Assembly (NCBI GenBank): GCA_035650735.1
Contig: DASRGZ010000076.1
Coordinates: forward strand, 1-64,000
Direction of reading: 5' to 3'
Length of the DNA stretch: 64,000 nucleotides
From: Chthonomonadaceae bacterium
Lineage (GTDB): Bacteria > Armatimonadota > Chthonomonadetes > Chthonomonadales > Chthonomonadaceae
How positions within the stretch are numbered: position 1 is the stretch's first letter; every line of letters starts with the position of its first letter. Made by a program: the position numbers and the translations under genes. The notes under the pieces are model-generated. The model worked only from the letters and a program-made list of their open reading frames with translations, had not been told where the DNA came from and searched no databases. Below are positions 33,844 through 44,130 of this stretch, piece by piece.

Positions 33844-34650
33844 ATGGATTTACGGGATCGCCGCGTGCTCATCACGGGCGCATCCTCCGGCATCGGGGCC
33901 GAGGCGGCGCGTCAGTTTGCACAGGCCGGGGCGCAAGTCGTCCTTCTCTCCGAGCGTGAGGAGGAGTTGAACGCGGTGGCGTACTCCATCCAGCGGGCAG
34001 GCGGTCAGGCGGCGGCGCTTGTCGTAGATCTATCGCACCCAGAGCAGGTCGAAGGATTGATCTCACACGTCGAACAGCAGGTCGGGCCGGTGGATATTCT
34101 CATCAACAACGCGGGCGTCGGCCTGGGGGCAACGGTGCTGGAGACGAAACCGGCAGACCTGCGCTTTCTGTTTGAGGTCAACTTCTTCGCGCTGGCTGAA
34201 CTCTGCCGACAGGCACTTGCGGCGATGGCTCCGCGCGGTCGGGGCCACATCATTAACGTCTCCTCGGCGGCATCTGTCGTCGGCGGTCCCACCATCAGCG
34301 CCTACGCAGCGACCAAAGGGGCCATCCACGCCTTCACGCAATCCCTGCGCATCGAGGCGAGCGCCTGCGGCGTCTCTGTCAGCGAGGTGCTGCCCATCTC
34401 CGTCAAGACGGGCTTCTTTGAGAGCGTCAAGGGCAAGAAATACAGGCCGGGCGGGATCGTGCTCTCATCGGAGAGCGTGGCAAGGAGCATCGTGCGCTGC
34501 GCCGCCTCTGCACGCCCTGCGCCGGAAGTGCTGCCCTATGGGCTTATCCGGATTGTCTTCGTGCTGAACGCGCTTATGCCGGTGGCGTTCGCCCGCTTCG
34601 CCGCGAAGCGCTATGCGCGTTCCACCGAGCAGAAGGAAGCGCAGAAGTAG
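33844..34650 (+). CDS. Short-chain dehydrogenase/reductase
   Basis: TGASSGIG, NNAG, YAATK. Confidence 0.93.
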   Translation: MDLRDRRVLITGASSGIGAEAARQFAQAGAQVVLLSEREEELNAVAYSIQRAGGQAAALVVDLSHPEQVEGLISHVEQQVGPVDILINNAGVGLGATVLETKPADLRFLFEVNFFALAELCRQALAAMAPRGRGHIINVSSAASVVGGPTISAYAATKGAIHAFTQSLRIEASACGVSVSEVLPISVKTGFFESVKGKKYRPGGIVLSSESVARSIVRCAASARPAPEVLPYGLIRIVFVLNALMPVAFARFAAKRYARSTEQKEAQK

Positions 34651-34780
34651 CGCCTGTGTGAGCGCTCACTCTAACCCCCCCTCTCGCTTCGGGAGAAGGC
34701 AACGCAAAACAGACTCTCCCCTCTCCCGCAGCGTGGGAGAGGGGCCGGGGGTGAGGGCAATAAAGATAGCGGGTAAAATT

Positions 34781-36199
34781 ATGGCCGACACGCGAGAAAA
34801 TCAGGATGCCGGAGTGGCCGCGCAGGCCGTTGTCCGCACGCAGGAGACCGCAGCGGGCGGCGCGGGGCTGCGCTGGTATCAGGGGCTGACGCGCTATCAG
34901 TGGGCGGTGCTGGCTATCGCCGCGCTCGGCTGGCTGTTCGACACGATGGATCAGAACATCTTCAACCTCGTGCGCCAGCCTGCCGTCACCGCCTTGCTCT
35001 ATCCCGGCATCCCTGCGGCGCTGCTGACCAAAGCGCAGCAGGCCGTGGTTACCAGCGCCAGCGGCCATATGACCACGATCTTTCTGCTGGGATGGGCGAC
35101 GGGCGGTTTCCTCTTCGGTATGCTGGGCGACCGCCTGGGTCGCACCCGCACGATGATCCTCACCATCTTGGTCTACGCCATCTTCACAGGCTTGAGCGGC
35201 CTGACGCACACGCTCTGGCTGTTCGGCCTGTTTCGATTTCTGACGGCGCTGGGAGTAGGGGGCGAATGGGCGGCGGGCGCGGCGATTGTGGCGGAGGTCT
35301 TTCCGCAGCGGTCGCGGGCAATGGCGCTCGGTATGCTGCAAGCTCTCTCTGCCGTCGGCAACATGCTGGCGGCGCTGATCACGCTGGCGCTAGCCAATCC
35401 GGCGGTCGGCGCGAGCGGCTGGCGGTGGGCGTTTGCTGTGGGCGCGCTGCCGGCCCTGCTGGTGCTGTGGATACGCCGCACCATCCATGAGCCGGAGCGC
35501 TGGGAGCGGGCGAAAGCGGAGGCCGAAACGTCGGGCGGCGGCAAGGAACTGGGCGCAGTCTGGCAGCTTTTCTCCGACCGCCTGCTGCGCCGTAACACCC
35601 TGGCGGCGACCCTGATGGCGGCGGCGGGCGTGGGCGGTCTCTGGGGCGTGGGCTTCTGGACGCCGGAATTGACCAAAGTCGCGCTCACCCCGCTCCACCT
35701 CGACTCGGTGCGGCTTGCGCAGGTCAAGAGCCTGGTGTTTCTCGTGCAGCAGATGGGCGCCTTCTTCGGCATCTATGCCTATGCCGCCTTCAGCGAGCGC
35801 ACCAACCGCCGCCAGTCTCTCCTGGTCTTCTTCCTCCTATCGTTCGCCGCCATTCAGGGCATGTTCTGGACGGCCAACAGCTTCCTCTCGCTGATGCTCT
35901 GGGCGCCCGTTCTGGGTTTCTGCACGCTGGGGCCATTCTCGGCTTATACCGTCTACTTCCCGGAACTCTACCCGACGCGCCTGCGGGCGACCGGCTGCGG
36001 GTTTTGCTATAACTGCGCGCGCGTCCTGGCGGCCTTCGCTCCAACGGCGCTCGGCCAGCTTGCCCTCCATTTTGAAGACCCAGCCCGTCCCGGCTTCGGC
36101 TTTCGCATGGCGACCAGTCTTGTCGCCTGCATCTACGTTCTGGGATTGATCGGCCTGGCTTTCGCGCCGGAGACGAAAGGCAAGCCGCTGCCGGAGTAG
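34781..36199 (+). CDS. MFS transporter
   Basis: GWLFDTMD, GDRLGR, GVGGEW, ELYPTRLRATG, PETKG; ORF-track upstream extension is REP-derived. Confidence 0.92.
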   Translation: MADTRENQDAGVAAQAVVRTQETAAGGAGLRWYQGLTRYQWAVLAIAALGWLFDTMDQNIFNLVRQPAVTALLYPGIPAALLTKAQQAVVTSASGHMTTIFLLGWATGGFLFGMLGDRLGRTRTMILTILVYAIFTGLSGLTHTLWLFGLFRFLTALGVGGEWAAGAAIVAEVFPQRSRAMALGMLQALSAVGNMLAALITLALANPAVGASGWRWAFAVGALPALLVLWIRRTIHEPERWERAKAEAETSGGGKELGAVWQLFSDRLLRRNTLAATLMAAAGVGGLWGVGFWTPELTKVALTPLHLDSVRLAQVKSLVFLVQQMGAFFGIYAYAAFSERTNRRQSLLVFFLLSFAAIQGMFWTANSFLSLMLWAPVLGFCTLGPFSAYTVYFPELYPTRLRATGCGFCYNCARVLAAFAPTALGQLALHFEDPARPGFGFRMATSLVACIYVLGLIGLAFAPETKGKPLPE

Positions 36200-36218
36200 T
36201 TGGCATAAGGGGAGAAGC

Positions 36219-37118
36219 ATGGCGCAGCCAATGACACGGCGGGAAGCGATCGCGGGCGGGGCGGCGCTGCTGACGGCGAGCGTCCTGTATCCTGCCGCCG
36301 GGGAAACTACTGGTTTACCAGAGGGGAGACATCCGCGCATGAAACTGGGAACTGTGACCTATAACATCGCCAGGGATTGGGACCTGCCGACGCTGATCCA
36401 TCACTGCAAAGCCGCCGGTTATGAGGGCGTGGAACTGCGCACCACGCACGCGCACGGCGTGGAGCCGACCCTGAACGCGGCCCAGCGCAAAGAGGTACGG
36501 CAGAGGTTTGCGGACGCCGGGCTGACGCTGTGGGGGCTGGGATCGGTCTGTGAGTTCCATATGCCCGACGCGGCGCAGGTGCGGGAGCAGATCGAGTCGT
36601 GCAAGCGGTGGTGCGCGCTGGCGCAGGACCTCGGCGCGCACGGCGTCAAAGTCCGGCCCAACGGCCTGCCGGAAGGCGTGCCGGTGGAGAAGACGCTGGC
36701 CCAGATCGGCGCGGCGCTGCGGGAGTGCGGCCAGGCGGCGGACGCGCACGGCGTTGAGATATGGCTGGAAGTGCACGGCCCTGGAACGGCCCATCCGCCG
36801 CATATCCGCACTATTCTGGATCAATGCCGGCATCCGCGCGTGGGCGCGTGCTGGAACTCCAATCATGAGGACCTCGTCAACGGCTCGGTCAAAACCTACT
36901 TCGACCTGCTGCGCCCGGACATCAAGTCCTGCCATATCAATAACCTCTGGGACGAGTCCTATCCTTACCGAGAACTCTTTGCTCTGCTCCAGGGGTCCGG
37001 CTACGACCGCTTCACGCTCTGCGAGGTCGGCACACCCATCCATGCTGACAACGGCGTTGTCTTTATGCAGTGCTATCGCGGTCTCTGGCGGGAGCTCTCC
37101 TCTGTTCCTCGTGTTTGA
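36219..37118 (+). CDS. Tat-exported sugar-phosphate isomerase/epimerase (xylose-isomerase-like TIM barrel)
   Basis: TRREAI Tat-like motif, GYEGVEL, WLEVHG. Confidence 0.85.
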   Translation: MAQPMTRREAIAGGAALLTASVLYPAAGETTGLPEGRHPRMKLGTVTYNIARDWDLPTLIHHCKAAGYEGVELRTTHAHGVEPTLNAAQRKEVRQRFADAGLTLWGLGSVCEFHMPDAAQVREQIESCKRWCALAQDLGAHGVKVRPNGLPEGVPVEKTLAQIGAALRECGQAADAHGVEIWLEVHGPGTAHPPHIRTILDQCRHPRVGACWNSNHEDLVNGSVKTYFDLLRPDIKSCHINNLWDESYPYRELFALLQGSGYDRFTLCEVGTPIHADNGVVFMQCYRGLWRELSSVPRV

Positions 37119-37136
37119 CCTAACCCCCCGGCCCCC

Positions 37137-37190
37137 ACTGCCAGGGTCGGCGCTCAACGGTTCGCGCCTCCGCCTCGCGACACCTTGCGA
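37137..37190 (+). mobile_element. 45-bp hairpin element (1 left end, 2 right ends) inside a family A REP
   Basis: Flanks CCTAACCCCCCGGCCCCC / CCCTACGAGGGAAGGG match the intact REP at 28336-28372 minus TT. Confidence 0.72.
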
Positions 37191-37325
37191 CCCTACGAGG
37201 GAAGGGAGGGACCCGGCTTCTGCTCTCTCTTCTCCCTAGCAGGGAGAAGGGCCAGGGAGGAGGGGAGATACAAGAGAACGAAAGAACCTGGCAGTGAGAG
37301 ATTCCCCCTCCCCTGTTCTTGGGGA

Positions 37326-37370
37326 TCGCTAGGCGGAGGCCCGAACCATTGCAGGCCCGACCCTAGCAGT
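37326..37370 (-). mobile_element. 45-bp hairpin element, reverse orientation, inside a family A REP
   Basis: Minus strand ACTGCTAGGGTC-GGGCC-TGCAATGGTTC-GGGCC-TCCG-CCTAGCGA. Confidence 0.72.
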
Positions 37371-37402
37371 GGGATAAAGGGGTGGGGGCCAGAACCAGAA
37401 AA

Positions 37403-38329
37403 CTATCGCCGCGACGTTTGTAGCTTCTGACTGGTGCGGCGGGCCGTGGCGCGCTGGCTGCTGTTATCTCGCGCTGCGCCTCTCCGCTGCGGCCCTATCT
37501 GGTAGGTGACGGTAACGTTGGCGGTGATGACGATTTCGCCCGGCGAGATCGGCGTGCTCGCGGCCTCTGCGCCAGCGCGTGCCATCATATACGGCAGCGG
37601 GCGAATGCCGCCGCCCTCATTGATTTCATAAATGCCGACAATGTCCACGCCTGCCGCCTGCGCGAGACGGTCGGCCTTGCGCCGAGCCTCCGCCACCGCT
37701 TTGCCAAGCGCCGCGTCTTCCGCTTCCGTCGTGTTTTCCTTCAGGAAGCCGATGCCCTCAATCGTGTTCGAGCCTGCGTTGGCCGCCGCGTCAATGATCT
37801 CGCTCAGTCGGCTCAGGTCGTGAACGGTCACGCGCACCTGATTGCGAACCCGATACCCGCTGATGGTCGGCTGCGGGTTGACCGGCTTTGGTTGGTCCTG
37901 CGCGCCCGGCTGGGCGTTCTGAGCGCCGCCTTCGCCGCCTCCACCCAAGCCTCCCCCGAAGCCACCGCTCACATAGACCGGATCGATGCTGTAGTTGACC
38001 GTCTGAATGTCCTTCTCCGCGACACCGGCGGCCCGTACCGCATTCTGAACTTTCTGCGCGGCCTCGGCGTTGGCCCTGGCTGCGGCCTGAGAGGTCTTGT
38101 CTCCGGTCACCACGCCAATTGTAATGACTGCCATATCCGGCCTGACCCGTACCTCTCCCTGGCCCGTGACTGTCAGGCGGCGCTGAGCGGTGCGTCTTTC
38201 CGGGGCATTATCCGGCTGTGCTTCCTGTGCGCCTGCCAGGACGGCAGGCAGCAGGGCGATGGCGCACAGGCCGAGCAGGAACGAGGCACGGCAGCCGGGC
38301 CGCAAGCTTGATTCCAAGCATGACTGCAT
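37403..38329 (-). CDS. SIMPL (DUF541) domain protein
   Basis: LTVTGQGEVRVRPDMA, DIQTVNYSIDP, PISPGEIVITANVTVTY; signal peptide. Confidence 0.9.
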   Translation of the reverse strand: MQSCLESSLRPGCRASFLLGLCAIALLPAVLAGAQEAQPDNAPERRTAQRRLTVTGQGEVRVRPDMAVITIGVVTGDKTSQAAARANAEAAQKVQNAVRAAGVAEKDIQTVNYSIDPVYVSGGFGGGLGGGGEGGAQNAQPGAQDQPKPVNPQPTISGYRVRNQVRVTVHDLSRLSEIIDAAANAGSNTIEGIGFLKENTTEAEDAALGKAVAEARRKADRLAQAAGVDIVGIYEINEGGGIRPLPYMMARAGAEAASTPISPGEIVITANVTVTYQIGPQRRGAARDNSSQRATARRTSQKLQTSRR

Positions 38330-38546
38330 CGTGTTTGCCTCCTTTTGTAACCTTACCTCTTCCGTTCTTCTCTCTACCCTTTACGTAAATTTGCTGGGCG
38401 CGTTACAGGAAACTGCCAGCAGGCTTGCCGTACCCCGCCGCACGCGGTACAATGGGGCTATGAACTCATGGAGAGAAGCTTTCCATTGGCCTGTTGACTC
38501 ATCAACCTATGGATTTCTTCTGGATTTCTCTTAAGGAGAGGCCATC

Positions 38547-39839
38547 ATGAATACGAAGCATTCGCAGGCGCTCTTCCAGGAGGCGGAGGCGGTCATACCG
38601 GGCGGCGTCAACTCTCCGGTGCGCGCCTTTCGCGCCGTCGGCGGCAACCCCCTCTTCATCGAGCGGGGCAAAGGCGCGTACCTCTGGGATGTGGATGGCA
38701 ACCGCTATCTGGACTGCGTCGGCTCCTGGGGGCCGCTGATCCTGGGGCATGCCCACCCGCGCATCGTCGGCGCGATCCGGGTGCAGCTGGAGAAGGGGAC
38801 GACCTTCGGCGCTCCGACCGCGCTGGAGGTGCATCTGGCCGAGGCGGTGCGCGACGCCGTGCCCTCGGTGGAGAAGGTGCGCCTGGTCTCCTCCGGCACA
38901 GAGGCGACCATGAGCGCGATCCGGGCGGCGCGCGGCTACACAGGGCGCGCTAAGTGCGTCAAGTTTGAGGGCAACTACCACGGCCACGCCGATTTTCTGT
39001 TGGCGAAGGCAGGTTCGGGCGTCGCTACGCTGGGCCTGCCGGAGTGCGCGGGCGTTCCTGCCTCCATAACGGCGGACACCCTCACGCTTCCCTATAACGA
39101 CATCCAGGCGGTGCGCGACGCCTTTGCCGCGCACGGCGGCGAAATCGCCTGCGTGATCCTGGAACCGGTCGTGGGCAATATGGGCTGCGTGCCGCCCGCG
39201 CCCGGCTTTCTGGAGACGCTGCGGGAACTGACCGCGCAGCACGGCGCGGTGCTTATCTTTGACGAGGTCATGACCGGCTTCCGGCTGGCCTACGGCGGCG
39301 CGCAGGAGCGCTACGGCATCCGCCCGGACATGACCACGCTGGGCAAGATCCTGGGCGGTGGGATGCCGCTGGGCGCCTACGGCGGCAGGGCCGAGATCAT
39401 GGACACCGTCGCGCCGGTCGGCCCAGTCTACCAGGCGGGAACGCTCTCCGGCAATCCGCTGGCGGTGGCGGCGGGCCTGGAGATGCTTACACTGCTGCGG
39501 CAGAGCCGGGGCGAGGTCTACGACCGCCTGGAGACCTTCGGCAAGACGCTGGCGGAGGGATTGCGTCGGGGGGCGCGAAACGCCAACGTCCCCGTCGTCG
39601 TCAATCAGGTTGGTTCCATGATCACCGTATTTTTTACCGAGGCGCCCGCCGTCACGGACTACGCGACCGTCAAAACCTCCGACACGGCAAAGTTTGGCGC
39701 GTGGTTCCGTGAGCTGCTGGCGCGGGGCGTCTACTGGCCGCCGTCGCAGTTCGAGGCCGCGTTCCTGTCCGCCGCCATGCTGGAGGAGGATATCGCGCGG
39801 CTCGTCGAGACGGCGAAGGAGGCGTTCAAAGCGTGCTGA
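38547..39839 (+). CDS. hemL: Glutamate-1-semialdehyde 2,1-aminomutase
   Basis: [52 protein letters not shown]. Confidence 0.97.
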   Translation: MNTKHSQALFQEAEAVIPGGVNSPVRAFRAVGGNPLFIERGKGAYLWDVDGNRYLDCVGSWGPLILGHAHPRIVGAIRVQLEKGTTFGAPTALEVHLAEAVRDAVPSVEKVRLVSSGTEATMSAIRAARGYTGRAKCVKFEGNYHGHADFLLAKAGSGVATLGLPECAGVPASITADTLTLPYNDIQAVRDAFAAHGGEIACVILEPVVGNMGCVPPAPGFLETLRELTAQHGAVLIFDEVMTGFRLAYGGAQERYGIRPDMTTLGKILGGGMPLGAYGGRAEIMDTVAPVGPVYQAGTLSGNPLAVAAGLEMLTLLRQSRGEVYDRLETFGKTLAEGLRRGARNANVPVVVNQVGSMITVFFTEAPAVTDYATVKTSDTAKFGAWFRELLARGVYWPPSQFEAAFLSAAMLEEDIARLVETAKEAFKAC

Positions 39840-39861
39840 GGTGAATAGGATGGAGTTATAG

Positions 39862-40371
39862 ATGAGTAGCAAGCGACGGTTTGGACGGCCCGGCGGGGGC
39901 AGCCTGCTCGGGATGATGATAATCAACGGCCTGGTGGCCGCTGTGGTGTTGCTGATCGTGTTCGTGCTCTTTGATATAGGGCACATTCTGGAGGCGCGCC
40001 TGGCAGCCTATCCGCTGGTGGGCGCAGCGGCGCACTGGAGCAAGTTCTGGCCGATGCTGCCCGGCGCGTCTATCGGCTTCGGGTGTCTGTGGTACTGGCT
40101 GGTGCTGGTAGGGCGGTCGCGGGGCGTGCCCTGGGGCGGCGCGCTGCTCTATGGCGTCTTGATCGCGATGGGCAATGTACCGTTCAGCGGCTTCCTGGCG
40201 GGCCTACTGCACGGCAGCCCGCTGATGGGCCTGGTGCTGGCGCTGATAGCCCTGCTCTCTTTGCTGCTGATGCCATCCCTTCTGCTGGCCATGCTGGTTT
40301 TTGGCGCGACGATGGGGGCGTTTAACGGCCTCATGGCGCAGGGCTGGATCGAGCGCCACCGTCCCCACTAG
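39862..40371 (+). CDS. Hypothetical multi-pass membrane protein
   Basis: Four to five hydrophobic segments; GGAG RBS. Confidence 0.7.
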   Translation: MSSKRRFGRPGGGSLLGMMIINGLVAAVVLLIVFVLFDIGHILEARLAAYPLVGAAAHWSKFWPMLPGASIGFGCLWYWLVLVGRSRGVPWGGALLYGVLIAMGNVPFSGFLAGLLHGSPLMGLVLALIALLSLLLMPSLLLAMLVFGATMGAFNGLMAQGWIERHRPH

Positions 40372-40417
40372 GCGCGTTGCGGAATCAGCCGTTGAGGCTG
40401 CCAGGGGAGAAAGAGAT

Positions 40418-40972
40418 ATATGGACCTGCCCGTATTGTCAGGAATCGCTCGAAGACGCTTTCGACTCGTGTTGGCGCTGTGGAACCGGCAAGGACGGCTC
40501 CTCGCCCGCCAATCCGGAACTCTTTCGCGACGTCGATTCCCTCCGCGTTATTGACTGCCCGGCCTGCCCGGATTGTGGCAGCGACCATGTCCTCTGCGGT
40601 CGTCTGGAGCCTACGCACTTTGTTCCCGAGGGCGTTCGGCTGTTCTCCTTTTTGCTGTCCTCTCCTGGCATTACCGTTGCCTTACAGGCTGGTCTCTGCC
40701 TGCACTGTGGCCTGCTTTGTTCCCGCATGGATACCAACGAGGCGTATCAACAGATCATGGACTGCGGCAATCGGGAACTCAGGCAACAACTGCTGGCCTG
40801 GCAATCCGAGGCTCGGCAGCTACTGCGCCCGGCAGAAGCAAGTGAGAGCGCTCCGGAACAGTTGTTGCGTCCGGCCAGCGGAACAGAGGAGAACGATTCC
40901 GACCAGTTGCTCCGCGCGGCCCCTGGCAGTGCGGCCCAGCAGCCTCCAGACGAAGCAGCGGACGGCAAATAA
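40418..40972 (+). CDS. Cys-rich zinc-ribbon protein with triple LLR[P/A] tail; probable ATA start
   Basis: WTCPYC..EDAFDSCWRCG, CPDCG, CLHCG; GGGGAG RBS 8 nt before in-frame ATA at 40418. Confidence 0.65.
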   Translation: MWTCPYCQESLEDAFDSCWRCGTGKDGSSPANPELFRDVDSLRVIDCPACPDCGSDHVLCGRLEPTHFVPEGVRLFSFLLSSPGITVALQAGLCLHCGLLCSRMDTNEAYQQIMDCGNRELRQQLLAWQSEARQLLRPAEASESAPEQLLRPASGTEENDSDQLLRAAPGSAAQQPPDEAADGK

Positions 40973-41138
40973 TATCCATCCCTCTGGAATAGTTGCCTTT
41001 TCTCTATCTCCGGTAATCCCTCCCAACCGTGTTGACGCTTCTCATGGAGCGCACGCTTTTGAGATGTATCCACACGATTGGGGATGTCTCCCCTATCTCC
41101 AAGAGAGGGCATATACCGGAACGGTTCCACCGGCGTGG

Positions 41139-41176
41139 AAATAAGAAGGCGCGGCTCTGTGAGACAGAGCCGCGCC
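41139..41176 (-). terminator. Intrinsic terminator of pnp
   Basis: 13-bp stem GGCGCGGCTCTGT/ACAGAGCCGCGCC then TTCTTATTT on minus strand. Confidence 0.75.
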
Positions 41177-41201
41177 GATGTTTGTAAGCGCAATCGAGGG
41201 C

Positions 41202-43475
41202 TTAGCGCCGGGGACGGAAGCGCGCCTTGACGGACTCGGGGCTCTCTTCCTCCTCCGGTTCCACGCGCGCGGGCCGCTCGCGCTCGGCCGGAGCGCCGTT
41301 GCCCCGCCCGCCGCCGCGTCCGCCGCGCTCGCCGCGTCCGCCGCGCTCCCGTTCGCCAAAGCGCCCGGTCTCCGCGCGCCGGGCCATGCTGGGGTCGAAC
41401 GGCTGGTCCAGATTAATCGCCGACAGGTTGACGCGGCCCTGGTTATCCACCTCGATGACCCGCACCTTCAGCTCATCGCCGACTTTGACGGCCTCTTCGG
41501 GACGGCGCACGGGCGGAATGCGCAGATGGCTGACATGCACCAGCCCTTCCTTGCCCGGCAATATCTCGACAAAGGCTCCCATGCCGATCAGCCGCGTGAC
41601 GCGCCCGGTGTAGACCTGCCCGACCTCCACCTCCGCCACCAGGCTCAGGATCGCGTCGGCGGCGCGCTTGCCCGCCTCCTGATCCACGGCGGCGATGAAG
41701 ATCTTGCCGTCTTGCTGGATATCGATCTGGGCGCCGGTATCGGCGGTGATCTTCTTGATCGTCCTGCCGCCGGGGCCGATGACCTCGCCGATGCGCTCCG
41801 GGTTGATCTCGATGGTGAAGATGCTCGGCGCGTACTCGCTCAGGTGAGCGCGCGGCGCGGGGATCGTCTCGGTGATCTTGCCCAGGATGAACAGGCGGCC
41901 CTGGCGTGCCTGTTCGAGCGCTTTGACCATCACCTCACGCGGAATGCCCTGGATCTTAGTATCCATCTGGATGGCCGTGATGCCCTCGGCGGTGCCGGCC
42001 ACCTTGAAGTCCATGTCGCCGGAGAAGTCCTCCATGCCCTGGATGTCGGTGAGAACCACGAACTGGTCGCCACTGGTCATCAGGCCCATGGCTACGCCCG
42101 CCACCGGCGCCTTGATCGGGACGCCGGCGTCCATCAGGGCCAGCGTGGAGCCGCAGACCGAGGCCATCGAGGTCGAGCCGTTGCTTTCCAGCACCTCGCT
42201 TTGCAGCAGCAGCGCATAGGGGAAATCTTCCTCGGGCGGCAGCACCGGCACCAGCGCGCGCTCGGCCAGCGCGCCGTGGCCGATCTCGCGGCGTCCGGGG
42301 CCGCGCAGCGGACGCACCTCGCCGACGGAGTAGGGCGGGAAGTTGTAGAAGTGCATGTAGCGCTTCACGCCGTCCACCTCCAGGGTGTCCACGATCTGCG
42401 CCTCGCTCATCGCGCCCAGCGTTACCGCCGTCAGCACCTGCGTCTGGCCGCGCGTAAACAGGCCGGAGCCGTGGACGCGCGGCAGCAGGCCCACCTCGCA
42501 GGTGATGGGCCGTACCTCGTCGGGCTTGCGGCCATCGGGGCGGACGTGCTGCTCGATGATCAGGGCGCGCACCTGCTCCTTGACCGCTTTCTCGGCGGCT
42601 TCGGCCAGCTCGACCTCGTGCTCGGGGAAGTTGGGCAGCAGGCGCGCGACGATGTCCTTTTTCAGATCGTCAATGGCGCTCTCGCGCGCCAGCTTGTCCG
42701 GGTTCTGGATGGTGGCCCGGATTTCGCCGGCCATCTGGTCGCGGATGGCCTGCAAGATGTCCAGATTGTAGGTGTGCAGCTCGACCTCCGTTTTGGGCCG
42801 ACCGGCGATACGGGCCAGCTCCTCTTGCAGGTCGCACTGCTCCTTGATGACCTCATGCGCGAAGTCCATCGCGGCCAGCATGTCCGCCTCGGTGACGAAC
42901 GTGGCGCCCGCCTCCACCATGATGATCGCCTGTTTCGTGCCCGCCACCACCAGGTCCAGGTCGGACTCATCAATCTGGGAGAGGCTAGGGTTGATGATCC
43001 ACTCGCCGTCAATGCGCCCGACGCGCACAGCCCCAATCGGCCCGTTCCAGGGGATGTTCGAGACCATTAAAGCGGCGGAGGCAGCGACCATGGCGAGGGT
43101 GTCGGGGAGGTTCTGGTGGTCTACCGAGAGGGGCATGGCGATGACCTGAACGTCGTTGCGCATACCGTCGGGGAAGAGGGGACGGAGCGGGCGATCAATC
43201 AAGCGGGAGGTCAGGACCGCCTTTTCGCTGGGCCTGCCGCCCCGTTTCACGAAGCCGCCGGGAATTTTGCCGACGGTATATTTCCGCTCTTCGTAATCGC
43301 AGGTCAGGGGAAAGAAATCAATGCCGGTACGAGCTTCCGGGCTCATCGTGGCGGTCGCCATGACGACCGTATCGCCCTGGGTGAGCCAGATCGCGCCACC
43401 GGCCTGTTTGGCGACTTTGCCCGTCTCCAGGCGCAAAGTCCGCCCTGCCAGCTCGCGTTCAACAGACTGAGACAA
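41202..43475 (-). CDS. pnp: Polyribonucleotide nucleotidyltransferase
   Basis: FFPLTCDYEE, RLIDRPLRPLF, HGSGLFTRGQTQ, ESNGSTSMASVC, GDMDFKVAGT, KH and S1 domains. Confidence 0.98.
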   Translation of the reverse strand: MSQSVERELAGRTLRLETGKVAKQAGGAIWLTQGDTVVMATATMSPEARTGIDFFPLTCDYEERKYTVGKIPGGFVKRGGRPSEKAVLTSRLIDRPLRPLFPDGMRNDVQVIAMPLSVDHQNLPDTLAMVAASAALMVSNIPWNGPIGAVRVGRIDGEWIINPSLSQIDESDLDLVVAGTKQAIIMVEAGATFVTEADMLAAMDFAHEVIKEQCDLQEELARIAGRPKTEVELHTYNLDILQAIRDQMAGEIRATIQNPDKLARESAIDDLKKDIVARLLPNFPEHEVELAEAAEKAVKEQVRALIIEQHVRPDGRKPDEVRPITCEVGLLPRVHGSGLFTRGQTQVLTAVTLGAMSEAQIVDTLEVDGVKRYMHFYNFPPYSVGEVRPLRGPGRREIGHGALAERALVPVLPPEEDFPYALLLQSEVLESNGSTSMASVCGSTLALMDAGVPIKAPVAGVAMGLMTSGDQFVVLTDIQGMEDFSGDMDFKVAGTAEGITAIQMDTKIQGIPREVMVKALEQARQGRLFILGKITETIPAPRAHLSEYAPSIFTIEINPERIGEVIGPGGRTIKKITADTGAQIDIQQDGKIFIAAVDQEAGKRAADAILSLVAEVEVGQVYTGRVTRLIGMGAFVEILPGKEGLVHVSHLRIPPVRRPEEAVKVGDELKVRVIEVDNQGRVNLSAINLDQPFDPSMARRAETGRFGERERGGRGERGGRGGGRGNGAPAERERPARVEPEEEESPESVKARFRPRR

Positions 43476-43854
43476 GGTATTCTCCTATACTTCGTTCCAG
43501 AGCCCGGCCCGCAGGCGAGGCGCTTCTGGAAACCACGGCAAAAGGAGCGAAGTGGAAGGGGGAAGGGCCAGGGGGTAAGTGGAGTCCTCTCTTCCTTCCT
43601 GCTTTCTCCTTTTGAAAAGGTGTGCCAAAGCAGTCGGCAGCCCGAAGCAGAAGGAAGAGGCGTGCAGAGGAAGAAAGGGGTCAGGGAAAACGGACTGACG
43701 TGGCCGCAGGCGCAGGCCAATCCGCTTACCCTGAACCCTGTGTTCTTCTGCACGCAGCCTGCCTTTCGGACGATGCCGACTGCTGAATACGATCGTGCCG
43801 CGCCGGCTGCCGATCGCAGGGGCCGCCCGGCGTGGCGGCATCCGAAAAATGAAA

Positions 43855-44130
43855 TTAGAGTTTGCTGCGAATGCCCAGCCGCCCGACCAGCTGGCGGTAG
43901 CGCTCGATGTCCTTCTTGCTCAGGTAGGCGAGCATCCGCTTGCGGCGGCCGACCATCATCATCAGGCCGCGCCGGGAGTGGAAATCCTTCTTATGCACGC
44001 GCAGGTGGTCGGTCAACTGATTGATGCGCGCAGTGAGCAGGGCCACCTGGACTTCAGGCGAGCCTGTGTCGCCCTCATGGGTAGCGTGCTCGGTAATTAC
44101 AGCCGTTTTGGCCTCTCTCTTAAGCGGCAC
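43855..44130 (-). CDS. rpsO: 30S ribosomal protein S15
   Basis: [37 protein letters not shown] start; conserved rpsO-pnp order. Confidence 0.97.
   Translation of the reverse strand: MPLKREAKTAVITEHATHEGDTGSPEVQVALLTARINQLTDHLRVHKKDFHSRRGLMMMVGRRKRMLAYLSKKDIERYRQLVGRLGIRSKL

Noticed and set aside
37137..37190. Hairpin element as integron attC sites
   Set aside because: No RYYYAAC/GTTRRRY ends, no cassette arrays and no integrase; copies lie inside REPs.
40921..40930. Isolated left-end-like matches of the hairpin element (also near 37287 and 63214)
   Set aside because: No cognate right end; short GC-rich matches are expected by chance.
41178..43070. Long antisense ORFs (630 aa opposite pnp; also 38502-39986, 3350-4609, 44369-45979, 62077-63243)
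   Set aside because: Shadows of high-GC genes on the other strand, with no recognisable motifs.
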